DNA of 60,000 nucleotides from Vicugna vicugna (Eukaryota). The notes under the pieces were generated by a model. The model did no database searches. It had not been told where the DNA came from and was given only the letters and a program-made list of their open reading frames with translations. Made by a program: the position numbers and the translations under genes. The stretch spans positions 1,118,001-1,178,000 of the forward strand of contig MU058714.1 of NCBI GenBank assembly GCA_013265495.1, read 5' to 3'. Positions 22,500 through 34,582 of this stretch are shown in pieces. Each line of letters begins with the position of its first letter. Within the stretch, counting starts at the first letter, position 1.

Positions 22500-23000
22500 C
22501 TTTTAAAAAGGATGCCACACACACGAGAAGACACCCAGTTAGGCACTGGGGAAATCCAAACCAAAAACCACACGGACATACCACGCCGTACCTACTAAAG
22601 TGGCTAGAACTTAAAAAAACAGAAAATAACAAGTGTTAGTGAGACTGTGGAGACATTGGAACAATCACGCACTTCTGGTGGGAACTCGAAATACGCCAGC
22701 GCTAGGAAAAACAGCTCGGGGCTTCCTTAAAAAACTGGACATAGTGGAGAGGGTCTAGCTCAGCGGTAGGGTGCGCGCTTAGCATGCATGAGGTCCTGGG
22801 TTCAATCGCCAGTCCCTCCATTAAACAAATACATACATACATACCTAATTACCTCCCCCACCGAAAGTAACCTTTCTGAAATTTAAAGAAAGAAGATAAA
22901 CATAAAAGTGCCACGTGGCCCGGCAAGTCCACTCCTAGGGTCCACTGAAAACAGGCATTCAAACCTCGACTCCTGCGTGAATGTTCGTAGCAGCACTATT
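22500..23000 (+). mobile_element. Ancient L1 ORF2 C-terminal remnant (continues at 26792)
   Basis: gaaatccaaaccaaaaccac...ggtgggaactcgaaat...gaatgttcgtagcagcactatt. Confidence 0.7.
22744..22900 (+). mobile_element. tRNA(Ala)-derived SINE (camelid Vic-1-like)
   Basis: A box tagctcagcgg, B box ggttcaatc, (ACAT)n stretch and acctaattacctcccc tail. Confidence 0.85.
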
Positions 23001-23654
23001 TCTTTTAATTTTTATTTTTTATTGGGCAGAGTTGATTTACAGTGTTGTGTTAGTTTCTGGTGGCGAGCCTAATGATTCGGCTCTGTGTGTAAAGGTATGT
23101 ATACCTTTTCAGATTCTTTTCCATTATAGCTTATTACAAGAGATTGAATATGCTTCCCTGTGCTCTACGTAGGTCCTTGTTGATCTATCTTATATATAGT
23201 AGTGTGCGTCTGTTAATCCCAAATTCTTAATTTATCCCTCCCTTCCTTTCCTCCCTGGTAACCGTAAGTTTATTATTTTTTGTCTGTAAGTCTATTTGTT
23301 TTGTAAATAAGATCGTCTGTGTCATTTTTTTAGATTCCACATACAAGTGATAACCTATGATTTTGTCTCTCTGCTTCTGACTGACTTCACTTAGTATAAT
23401 CTCCAGGTCCATCCATGTTGCTGCAAATGGCAGTGTTCCACTGTGTATCTAGACTACATCTGCTTTGTCCATTCAGCTGTGGATGGACACTTAGGCCGCT
23501 TCCATGTCTTGGCTGTTGTAAATAGTGCTGCTGTGAACACTGGGGTGCATGTGTCTTTTCAAATTAGAATTTTCTCCAGATACATGCCCAGGAGTGGGAT
23601 TGCTGGATTGCAGGACAAGTCTGTTTTTTAGTTTTATAAGGAACCTCCACACTG
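23001..23654 (-). mobile_element. Intermediate-age L1 3' end (continues 26713-26790)
   Basis: Degenerate poly-T, antisense L1 3' UTR, frame [13 protein letters not shown]. Confidence 0.88.
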
Positions 23655-26600
23655 CAAAAGCTGGATTTTTGAAAAAGTAAATAAAATCGACAAACCTCTG
23701 GCCAAACTCACAAAGAAGAAAAAAGAGAGAGCACAAATTAGCAAAATAAGAAAGGAAAATGGAGAAATTACAACAAACAAAATAGAAATACAGAATATCA
23801 TACGAGAATATTATGAAAAACTATATGGAACCAAACTGGATAACCTAGAGGAGATGGACAAGTTTCTGGAAACATACTGTCCACCAAAACTGAATCAAGA
23901 AGAAACTGAACACTTGAACAATCCGATCACTAGAAAGGAAATAGAAATAGCAATTAAAAACCTCCCTACAAATAAAAGTCCAGGACCGGACGGCTTCACC
24001 GGGGAATTCTACCAAACATACAAAGAAGAACTCATACCAGTCCTTCTCAAACTCTTCCAGACGATTGAAAAGGAGGGAATACTCCCAAACTCATTCTATG
24101 AAGCCACCATCACCCTGATACCAAAACCAGGCAAAGACACTACAAAAAAAGAGAATTATAGGCCAATATCACTGATGAACATAGACGCCAAAATCCTCAC
24201 CAAAATTTTAGCAAATAGAATCCAACAACACATAAAAAAGATTATACATCATGACCAAGTGGGGTTCATCCCAGGGACACAAGGCTGGTTCAACATACGC
24301 AAATCAATCAATGTAATACATCACATCAACAAGAGAAAGGACAAAAACCACATGATCATCTCAATCGATGCAGAAAAAGCATTTGATAAAATTCAACACC
24401 CATTTATGATAAAAACTCTCGCCAAAGTGGGTATAGAGGGAACATATCTCAACATAATAAAAGCTATATATGACAAACCTACAGCCAGCATAGTTCTCAA
24501 CGGTGAAAAACTCAAAAGCTTCCCACTAAAATCTGGGACAAGACAAGGATGCCCACTATCACCACTCCTATTCAACATAGTCCTGGAAGTCCTAGCCACA
24601 GCAATCAGGCAAGAGAAAGAAATAAAAGGGATCCAAATTGGAAAAGAAGAGGTAAAAGTGTCATTATATGCTGACGACATGTTACTATATATAGAAAACC
24701 CTAAAAGGTCCACAAAAAAGCTACTAGAGCTGATCGAAGAATTCAGCAAGGTAGCAGGTTACAAAATTAATGTTCAAAAATCAGTTGCCTTTCTTTACAC
24801 TAACGATAAATCAACAGAAAAAGAAAGTAAAGAAACAATCCCCTTTAAAATAGCACCCAAAGTAATAAAATATCTGGGAATAAATCTAACCAAGGAGGTG
24901 AAAGAATTATACACAGAAAACTATAAACCATTGATGAAGGAAATTAAAGAAGACTTTAAAAAATGGAAAGATATTCCATGCTCTTGGATTGGAAGAATCA
25001 ATATTGTTAAAATGGTCACACTGCCCAAGGCAATCTACAGATTTAATGCAATCCCTATCCAATTACCCAGGACATATTTCACAGAACTAGAACAAATCAT
25101 AATAAAATTTATATGGAACCATCAAAGACCTAGAATTGCTAAAGCATTACTGAAGAGAAAGAAAGAGGCTGGAGGAATAACTCTCCCAGACTTCAGACAA
25201 TACTATAGAGCTACAGTCATCAAGACAGCATGGTATTGGTACCAAAACAGACATATAGACCAATGGAACAGAATAGAGAGCCCAGAAATGAACCCACAAA
25301 CTTTTGGTCAACTCATCTTCGACAAAGGAGGCAAGAATATACAATGGAATAAAGACAGTCTCTTCAGCAAATGGTGTTGGGAAAACTGGACAGCAGCATG
25401 TAAAACAATGAAGCTAGAACACACCCTTACACCATATACAAAAATCAACTCAAAATGGATTAAAGACTTAAACATAAGACAAGATACAATAAACCTCCTA
25501 GAGGAAAACATAGGCAAAACATTATCTGACATACATTTCAAAAATTTTCTCCTAGAAGAAATAAAAGCAAGAATAAACAAATGGGACCTAATGAAACTTA
25601 CAAGCTTCTGCAGAGCAAAGGAAACCAGAAATAAAACAAGAAGAAAACCTACGGAATGGGAGAAAATTTTTGCAAGTGAAACCGACAAAGGCTTGATCTC
25701 CAAAATATATAAGCAGCTCATACGACTCAATAAGAAAAAAATAAACAACCCAATCCAAAAATGGGCAGAAGACCTAAACAAGCAATTCTCCAAGGAAGAC
25801 ATACAAATGATCAAAAAGCACATGAAAAAATGTTCAATATCACTAATTATCAGAGAAATGCAAATCAAAACTACAATGAGGTATCACCTCACACCAGTCA
25901 GAATGGCCGTCATTCAAAAATCCAAAAATGACAAATGCTGGAGAGGCTGTGGAGAAAGGGGAACCCTCCTACACTGCTGGTGGGAATGCAGTTTGGTGCA
26001 GCCACTATGGAAAACAGTGTGGAGATTCCTCAAAAGACTAGGAATAGACTTACCATATGACCCAGGAATCCCACTCCTGGGCTTGTACCCAGAAGGAAAT
26101 CTACTTCAGGATGACACCTGCACCCCAATGTTCATAGCAGCACTATTTACAATAGCCAAAACATGGAAACAGCCTAAATGTCCATCAACAGGTGACTGGA
26201 TAAAGAAGATGTGGTATATTTATACAATGGAATACTACTCAGCCATAAAAACCGACAACATAATGCCATTTGCAGCAACATGGATGCTCCTAGAGAATGT
26301 CATTCTAAGTGAAGTAAGCCAGAAAGAGAAAGAAAAATACCATATGAGATCGCTCATATGTGGAATCTAAAAAACAAAAACAAACAAACAAACAAAAACA
26401 AAGCATAAATACAGGACAGAAATAGACTCATGGACAGAGAATACAGACTTGTGGTTACCAGGGGGGTAGAGGGTGGGAAGGGATAGACTGGGATTTCAAA
26501 ATTGTAGAATAGATAAACAAGATTACACTGTATAGCACAGGGAAATATACACAAAATGTTATGATAAATCACAGAGAAAAAAATGTGACAATGAGTGTGT

Positions 26601-26695
26601 ATATGTCCATGAATGACTGAAAAATTGTGCTGAACACTGGAATTTGACACAACATTGTAAAATGATTATAAATCAATAAAAAATGTTAAAAAAAA
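23655..26695 (+). mobile_element. Young 5'-truncated LINE-1 (3041 bp) with 17-bp TSD
   Basis: TSD aaggaacctccacactg at 23638-23654 and 26696-26712; AATAAA at 26675-26680 and short A tail. Confidence 0.97.
23656..26370 (+). CDS. L1 ORF2p fragment (RT and C-terminal Cys-rich domains; endonuclease domain missing)
   Basis: Open for 904 codons (838 from Met 23854); [47 protein letters not shown]. Confidence 0.95.
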   Translation, partial: KSWIFEKVNKIDKPLAKLTKKKKERAQISKIRKENGEITTNKIEIQNIIREYYEKLYGTKLDNLEEMDKFLETYCPPKLNQEETEHLNNPITRKEIEIAIKNLPTNKSPGPDGFTGEFYQTYKEELIPVLLKLFQTIEKEGILPNSFYEATITLIPKPGKDTTKKENYRPISLMNIDAKILTKILANRIQQHIKKIIHHDQVGFIPGTQGWFNIRKSINVIHHINKRKDKNHMIISIDAEKAFDKIQHPFMIKTLAKVGIEGTYLNIIKAIYDKPTASIVLNGEKLKSFPLKSGTRQGCPLSPLLFNIVLEVLATAIRQEKEIKGIQIGKEEVKVSLYADDMLLYIENPKRSTKKLLELIEEFSKVAGYKINVQKSVAFLYTNDKSTEKESKETIPFKIAPKVIKYLGINLTKEVKELYTENYKPLMKEIKEDFKKWKDIPCSWIGRINIVKMVTLPKAIYRFNAIPIQLPRTYFTELEQIIIKFIWNHQRPRIAKALLKRKKEAGGITLPDFRQYYRATVIKTAWYWYQNRHIDQWNRIESPEMNPQTFGQLIFDKGGKNIQWNKDSLFSKWCWENWTAACKTMKLEHTLTPYTKINSKWIKDLNIRQDTINLLEENIGKTLSDIHFKNFLLEEIKARINKWDLMKLTSFCRAKETRNKTRRKPTEWEKIFASETDKGLISKIYKQLIRLNKKKINNPIQKWAEDLNKQFSKEDIQMIKKHMKKCSISLIIREMQIKTTMRYHLTPVRMAVIQKSKNDKCWRGCGERGTLLHCWWECSLVQPLWKTVWRFLKRLGIDLPYDPGIPLLGLYPEGNLLQDDTCTPMFIAALFTIAKTWKQPKCPSTGDWIKKMWYIYTMEYYSAIKTDNIMPFAATWMLLENVILSEVSQKEKEKYHMRSLICGI

Positions 26696-26791
26696 AAGGA
26701 ACCTCCACACTGTTCCCCACGGTGGCTGCACTGATTCGCATCCCCACCAGCAGTATGGGAGGGCTCCCTTTTCTCTACACCCACTCCAAGC

Positions 26792-27225
26792 AGCAGCGCT
26801 ATTCCCAGTCACCAAAAGGTGGTGAGGACTAAGCCCATCCCGGGTGAGTGAATGAACGAGACGGGGTCCACCCCGCGTGGGAACGCTGTTCAGCGTAGGA
26901 CGGGGATGAGGCGCTGGCACGCAACACAGACGGACCCCCAGCGCGGAGTGACGGGCGCGAGCACAGGAGGTCACATATCGCACGACTCTGTTTATGTGAA
27001 ATGACTGAACAGACAGCAAGCAGGGCAGTGGCTGCCAGGGGCTGGGGCGGGAGGATGGGGACTGACCTGTTAATGGAAGGGGCCCCTTTAGGTGATGAAA
27101 ATGTTCTAGAACTAAACAGGCAGGGCTGCACATTTTTAATGTACTAAATGCCACTAAAGTGGACCAAACTGTGCTCTGAAGTGGTTAATTTTACGTTATG
27201 TGAATGTTATCTCAATTAAAAAGGA
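26792..27225 (+). mobile_element. Ancient L1 3' end (L1MB/MC-like), GC-shifted
   Basis: gtggctgccaggggctgggg...ggtgatgaaaatgttctagaacta...aatgtactaaatgccact...tatctcaattaaaaa. Confidence 0.8.
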
Positions 27226-30200
27226 AAGCTGTCATGGGGCTCTTTGAAAACACACATCACAGTGAGCAGTTTTCTCGTAGAGGGCAAGGCACCAGGGGAC
27301 ACCGCACGGCCCGCACCACGTTCCGTCCGCAGGTTCCAGGAAGCCCCTCCCTGCTGAAGACCTGTCTTAGGAGAGTTCTAGTCCCACCGGGCTGGTGCCC
27401 TGGGCGCCGCCGCTGACTGCCCAGACTCAGAGCCAAGCACAGAGACTGCCACCCTGGCCTGGAGACGCCGTCTCTGTCACCTCCCACCACCTTCCACCAC
27501 CCTCTGCACGTTCACGTGGACCTTTGGCGCCCAGGCCACCACTCTGCACCTGCCATGTGTCCACGTCACCTCTCTAGATCGTCCACCAGGTGGCAGTGGA
27601 AGCTCCGCGATGTGGGGTCCCTGGCCGCCAGCCCTGGCGGCGCCTGCATCCTCTGCAGACCAGGGGCCCATGTGCTGGGTTGTATCCGGAGCACAGCTGA
27701 ATCCTCAGTCCTCACCGCCGAACTCAGGGAGGCCGAGCTCCAGACGCCAGGCTGGGAGCTTGGAGGCCAGAGTCTGTCCAGCAAAACACACCAGAGGGCT
27801 GCTCTGCTGCAGCTGACACCCCATCAGACCCGACCGGCCCCAAACCACTTGCAGATCACCACCTCAGCTTTCTGGGAGGGCGCACAGAAAGCCTGCCGGC
27901 TCCCAGCAAGGAGCCTGTGCCTGGTGGGGAGCCTCGGCCTTGACTTTCCTGGGGTGGAAATCAGGGTCTCAGGGGTTTCCTGGTGGGAAATCTACCAGCT
28001 AAGGGATAAAGGAAAATTACAACCCCATCGAACACCTCCAGCCCCAGGGGCTCTGAAAACCGAGGACTGAGGCTGCACAAAGGACTCTGGGGGCTCCTGC
28101 GGCCGCAGAGAAAATCTCAAAACCCGGGTGAGAATTAACAGCAGCTTCCAGGGGCGAGCCGCCAGATCTCCACAGGGGCTCGGTCTCCGCGGTGACAGAG
28201 TGACACTGCAGAGGTGGCGTGCAGCTGGTGTCGGGTCGGGTTGGGGGTTAAAGGTCATCTGGATCCCGTGATGGAATTTTCTTCTCGTTTGGACAGCTAG
28301 GCAATAGCTAAAGTTTTCCATGAGCCTCTGCAAAGATGTCTGCTCTCATTTTTGAGAATTATAAAAAAGAGAGAGAGCCTGGCGGGGCAAATGATATCCT
28401 CAAACTTGACACTAAAATAATTTTTCTCAAAATCCTGTTACTTTCTGACCAGACCTGCCAGTGAAGAAATTCTGAAACTCTCCACGCTTCCTAAGGATGT
28501 GAAAGCTGGGCAGCAGGCCTCAGTGCTAACCGGACGACTGCCAGGTTCTCGACCGAAACGGGCACCCGCCCCCACCAGCATGCCTGCAGCCGGAGCAGTT
28601 CCAGCCCGGTCTCTGCTGGACCGCAGTGGGGCCGCCTGCTAGGACCTGCCCAGCCATCCGGGCGGTTCTGTGGCTCGAGGTCTGGCTTCACTAAAGACCT
28701 GGACTTGGGACATCACAGTTCTCCAAAGACCCCAGCTCCTCTGCTCTCAGGCATCCTGCCATTTGCTCCGGAGCTCGTGGTCAGACAGATACACTCTGCC
28801 CCCTACAGGTGTCCTGCTGTCACACCCCAGGGCCTCCGGAGCCCAGCCTGGCCCCTCGCTGGTTTTGCCTCCTTCCAGCTTCATCACAGTCTTTCCAGCA
28901 CCTTCTGGGGTGAGCTGCAGAAGCAGGTGAGGGCATTTAGGTGCTACTCAAAGGGGACAAGACCTCCCATTTCCTGGGCGCCCACTACTACTCGGGCTGG
29001 GTCTGGGGGTCACCATGCCTGTGGGACGGACCCTCCCCCCGCCCCCCGCTGCCAGCAGCGGCTGTCCCATGCTGTGCAAGCCGACATTTGGGCAGCTGGC
29101 CGATGCTCTCCCAGCAGTGTGGTCGCGTGCGGCGTCCATATAGCCAGAGCACAGGGAGCCCCCCAGGAGGGCCTCGGTTCCCAAGTACAAGGGAAATGGG
29201 GAGATCTGAGTGCCAGGAAGAGCAGAGATGGGGGAGGAGCCGGCACACTGCAGGCCGGCTGCTGCTGCTGCCTCGCCAGCGGGAACCGCCCGTCTGGTCC
29301 CTGTCCCACCTCCAGGGGACACACCTGGACCGGAGAGGCCCAGCTGCATGAGGAGCCACCCTAGACCAGGGGACGACAGGCCGGTGGCTCCAGGCGCCCA
29401 TCTCCTGTGAACACGCGGCACCGTGGGGGACATGCTCCCTGCCCCTCCCACGACCCGCACACCACTCCTCGTGCATCTGGGGACCAAGGACGTCCAGGGG
29501 CCCTGGTGTTCTGGCTGTGTGGACGCCACACAAGAACACTCTGATAGGAAAACATCAGCCAACCGTCCGTTCTCATGGTGCCAGACAGCGGGGCCTCCAT
29601 CCCACCGGCAAGGTGACCCCCAGACCCACCCGAGTCGGCCTCAGAGCTCCTGCTTTGGGAACTGTGGGATCCTAGCTCGGGTTTTAGGGTCTGCGGCAAG
29701 AAGGAAAAATCAGATTTCAGGGCTGAAGACAACATTTTAAAATCTGGCTTTAAATAAACGTGGAATAAAAAAAGAGAGAGTGTGGAGCCTCCAGCAGCCG
29801 AAATTAGAAGCAGCCAGCCAGGCAGGGAAGCCGTCTGCGCGCACGCGAGGCAGCACACAGCGTCTGGTACCCGCCGGTGGCACCGAGGAGCCGGGCTGCA
29901 GGTCCGGGTCGCCCGTCTCCTGCCGGGAAGGACCCACGAGGACGCATCCAGGCTCCTTCTCTGGAGCGTCCTCTGCGTTCAGGTGCCAGAGAAGACTCCT
30001 TCCTCTCCGCTCCCAAAATACCCCTCAGATCACTTTCAAGGCACTTTAAGTCATTTAAGAGGCAGAACAAGAAGAAAACAAAGACGCCATCTCAGGGGTA
30101 AAGGCAGGCGTTACGCTGACTGCGAGGCCAGCGTCTTTCCGCATCTTTCCCAGAAAGTCGAGTGACCACAAGCCCAGTGGGCCTGGCGGCCCCTGCGTGG

Positions 30201-31399
30201 GCTGCTCGCCTCTGGTCTCCTCCCCTGAAGCACTGTGTTCCTTTGATGATGGAGGGCAGGGAAATGGCTTTCTTAGCTTCCAGTCTTGCCGCTCTCACAA
30301 GCGGGGTCTGCACGTTAGACGGCTGGGGGTGGGGGGGGATCCCCTGCCCTCTGCCACCGACCTTCAGCGCCTCCCTCCCACCCCAACCCAAACTTGGCCC
30401 CTGATGACTGAGCCTGCCCTTCCCTGGCCGGCCTTGTCCAGCCCACGGGGCCCAAGCAGGCAGCCCTTCCAACCACCCGGGCCTCCTGCCTCACCTGGGC
30501 CCATGCAGGAGGCCCGGGCACAGGGGCCCCATCACCTGCCTGGGTCGTTTAAATCTGCACTGTCAGTTACTTCGTTCTGACAGGCAAGTGGGTGACCGAG
30601 CTGGCAGACGCAGGATGACGCTCAGATGCGCCAAGAGGGGGAGAGACACCCGAGTGAAACTCGGAGACTCGTTCTCGCCCCTGCGCTCGCCCCCACGCCG
30701 CCTCCCACGGGCACCTGGAGTCACGCCGATGCGCTGGATTATGTAAGGGGACTGGTTGCCAGGGAACGTCTCCCCGCCCAGCCTGGGGACAGGGCGGCAC
30801 CTGCACCCTCAGTGGAAGCCCCTGTGGGCCGGCAGGGAGGCTCTGGGAACTCTAGGCTGCCCTGATGAGAGAGTGGAGGCTGGACCACAGCCATGAAGGG
30901 CCAGGAAGGGCCCGTGGGCGGCTGCCCACACTCCTCCGCCTCCTGGGGGAGGGCCCCTCCTCACCCAGGCCGGCTCCCACGGCTGCACCGCATATCTAGG
31001 GGTGCCCCGCTCCCAGGCAGGGCTCGGCTCAGATGTCCATCTCCCTCCGGGGGAGGAGAGGGCAGGTCACGGAGGTGCAGGGTGTAATCTGTCCTGCCTG
31101 CAGCCAATGTTTCAGTGAGAGAGAAGAAAGCCTCTGAACGTGCTCAGGTCAAAAGGGAGGGCAAATCTGAATCAGTCTGGGGAGGGCTGAGGGTCAGGGC
31201 CACATCTGGGGTGGCAGGAGAGCAGGTGTCAGCCGGGCCCGTGTCCCCCACGCTGGCCTCATGCATGGAAGCATGTGGCAGGTGGCAGAGCTGGCCCGGG
31301 TGCTCCGTGGGGACAGGGCACTGCTCCACCAGTTGACCCCAGAGACTCCGGATTCCGAGGCCCAAACAGAGGCTTGTGCCAAGGTCATGGGGGCCCCGC

Positions 31400-31800
31400 C
31401 TTCCACAAGCTTTACGTTTTAGGGCTGTCTGGATTTACACAGTTACTGCAGAGACAGCCCACACCCAGTTTCCCCTGCTGTCAACGCCTTACATCACTGT
31501 GATGCGTTTGCTACAATTAACAAACCAACGTGGACTCAACTAAAACCTGGACTTTATTAAGGTTTCCTTAGCTTTTGCCCAGTGTCTTTTTACTGCTCCA
31601 GGACCCGTCCCGGGTCCCACAGGACATCCAGTCATCACGTCCCCCCAGCTCCTCTTGGCGGGGAGTGTCTCTCGGACTCCCCTGGTCTGCACGACAGTCT
31701 GCAGGAGCGCTGGGCAGGGTCTGCAGACCGCCCCTCTGCTGGGATGTGATGGGGTTCGGTGCCCTCCTCAGCGCGTCCACGCCACGCCCATCACTGTGGC
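31400..31800 (-). mobile_element. Old L1 (L1MC-like) 3' UTR fragment
   Basis: ccacacccagtttcccctg...ttacatcactgtg...tttgctacaattaacaaaccaa...ctccaggacccgtcc resembles antisense L1MC 3' UTR. Confidence 0.6.
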
Positions 31801-34494
31801 TCACGCAGCTGAGGGGTGCAGTGTCTCCCCAGCCGCTGCTGTCTGCCCATCACAATGCGCACCCGCGCCGGGGCTGGCAGTCTCCGGCAGGCCTCGCCCT
31901 GCAAAGGGCAGCTGCTCGCGGGCCTTTCCACGGGCACTTGGGTGCCCTCGGAAGGTCCCGTCTAGCTGCTGACGGTGCCCATCTCTAAGGCACACTGAGG
32001 GCTCGCCACGTGCCGGGTCCGGTTCCCAGCGCTTCTCCTGCCATTCACGCCTCGCTCCTCCTCTGACGCCAGTGCGGGATGGGCACCCCTGTGCTGCAGG
32101 CGTCCGAGCCCCTGGCCGCCTGTGCTCCTCTGGTCCGTGCCCACGCCCCCAGCCACAGTCCCGGGCTAGATGCCAGGCCTCACCCGGTGGTAGGAGACGT
32201 GCCCTGCCTCCCCTGCTAGACAAAGCCGCAGTGTGCTGGAGGCCTCTGGGGTGACCTTCCCGTTGGCAGGACAGAGGCCTCCAGGAGTCCCGGACCTTCC
32301 AGCTTCAGACCCACCATGCATCCTTGCTGACGATACTGACAGTGTGAAGAATGTAGGCTGAGGACTGAAAAGACAGCACTCTGGACACAATGTGGACAGT
32401 TGTGCCCAGTGACCCTGCCTGGTCCCGTCGCCAGAGCACCTGGCGTGGGGGGAGGAAGCAATAAAGGCCAGAGAGGATGGAGAGGTGAGACCCGCTCCGA
32501 TGCCCGTCCTGACAACGCCCAGGCCTCCGCACTCTCTTGTGCTGGAACTTTCTGGTTACTGACTACAGGGGATTTAATCCAGGAAGGAGAAAAGGAAGGA
32601 GTTCTGACGGGGCGGATCCTTCTCTTAGAGAGACGGGGAGGCTGCCAGGATTGGGGGCGGGGGTAAGCAGCAGCTCCCTTGACAAGTGTGATATGAGCCA
32701 CACATCGCCACCCCCTTAGGCCAAGTTCAGCAGAAACCGGGTTGGGCTGGTCAGAGAGAGATGGTGGTGAAACCCTTCAGAGTTCTGTGGTCCCCTCAGA
32801 AAGGGCCCCTTCTGTTTAGCAAAAATTCACAAGTCCTCGTGCCTGCCTTGCCAGCAGAACAGCTTGCCTGAAAAGCAGAGGCTGTCATCCTGTAATTAAA
32901 TCTTGAGACCCCCCTCCCTACGTGACGCTGAGATGAAGCCACTTACATAACTCGACTAAAAATAAGCTGATGAAGAGATGCACTGAGTCTCCCTGCTTAC
33001 AACCTTTCCCCCGGGGCCACCCGTGCTGGGGTCGACTGACCTGGGGTCAGTGTCGGCAGCACCACGTGGTTGGACCCTTGCCTTGGACCCCAGCTCAGCA
33101 CCCTCGTGGGCGAGGCCCCGTGGCCAGTGCACAGGGCAGCGGGCCCTCTGGTCACTGGTCAGAGCTGGGGTGCTGGAGATCGCCATGGCTACACGCCTCC
33201 CTGGTCGCTGAGACCGTGGAGATGAGACCGGCAGTCAGAGATGACGGGGAGCTCGCACCTGGCGGATTCCAGCCCGTCTGCTTTCTCAGTGACTGTGGAT
33301 GAGCTGCTTATTTATAGACAGCCTCTCCCTGCCCCCCAAACGGTGCAGGAAGAACGGCCACGTCTGGGCGAAGGCAGTGGGCCTGGGGTGCTGGGGCCAA
33401 CCGTCTGGGCCAGCACTGGTCCTCTTGCTCTTCCCTGCTTCATCGTGACAGTGGCTGCTCTTCCTGGTTGTGCAGAGGAGTGGGCCAGACCCCAAGCCTA
33501 GGCAGTGATTTCCCAGCTGCACTGACAGTCAACCTCCAGGCAAGTCACTCGACCCTCTGCTCACCCCAACAAACTGAGTCAAGGGGAGAAGGAATGAAGC
33601 ATGGCTGGTAGAGGTGCTGGGACAGCAGACCCTCCTGACTCAGCGTCCAGCCCACTGCCTGGCCCTGGGCAGTTCTCGGGCCCGAGGTCCTCACCCGTGG
33701 GCCTCAGCCCCACCCAGACACTGCCGCCACCTAAGTAAGAGATCCAGACCTGGAGCTCAGACCTCCTCTCGCAGTCAAAGGGACACCTCAGCAGACTGGG
33801 GGCTGGGGGCGGCTGCAGGCCAGGCGCTGACCTTCTCACCGTGGTTCTCCGGCCCAGGTGCCAACCCCTCGCCAGTCCTGCTCTGTACCTCCATCAGCCT
33901 CGTGCGTTTCCCAGGGCGACGCGGCTCCATGCACTTACTTTCACAGCCGCAGGTGCTCTGTGCTGCTTGATGGCTTCCCTCCCAGCTGTTCACCTCCTGC
34001 CCGGCTGCCAGGTAGAGGCTGCAGAGCAATGAGCCCACCTGGTCGGCAAGCCAGCCCCTGGGTGGGCCTCCTGCCGCAGCTGCTACCAAATGTGAGCATT
34101 CTGTTGGGCGTGTTGGTGCACAGAATCTTCTAGAGGGCGGGGCGGGGCTCAACCACGGAAGCCTTTCTGGAGGGACCCCTCTCCTCCCTCTGCCGTCTCT
34201 TAGCTGATGGGAGCAGGCAGCCCAGGGGAATTCTCCCTCGACTAGTTGCCCTCCCAGAGGGGTGAGACCCTGGTTGTTGCTGGCCAGCCTCCACCTGCCA
34301 GTCTCCAGGTCTCGGCCACTCCACTTCCCTTTGGGCGAGCAGCAGCTCTTCTGTAGCCCCCACCTAGCTCCACGTTGGCCTGTGGCCCCAGTCAGGTTAA
34401 CAGACCTCAGTCCTAGGCCAGGAGGATGGAAGCGAGCGCTGCACTGGCCCTGAGGAAAGGGAGCGGGATGAGGAAGCAGAAGGCCTGCCTTCTG

Positions 34495-34582
34495 TCACGT
34501 GAGCCAGCAATGCCCTCACTGTAAGAGCCAGTTTGAGCTAGCTTTCTGTCACTTGCAACCAAAAGAATCCCAGAAATGACGG
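34495..34582 (+). mobile_element. ERVL/MaLR LTR 3' end fragment
   Basis: agccagtttgagctagctttctgtcacttgcaaccaaaagaatccc. Confidence 0.55.

Noticed and set aside
22744..22820. tRNA-Ala gene
   Set aside because: Has A and B boxes but an imperfect cloverleaf and a SINE tail, with related copies at 13180 and 41985; it is a SINE
23854..26370. Novel reverse transcriptase system or domesticated gene
   Set aside because: Ordinary L1 ORF2 within a truncated retrotransposon with TSD and A tail
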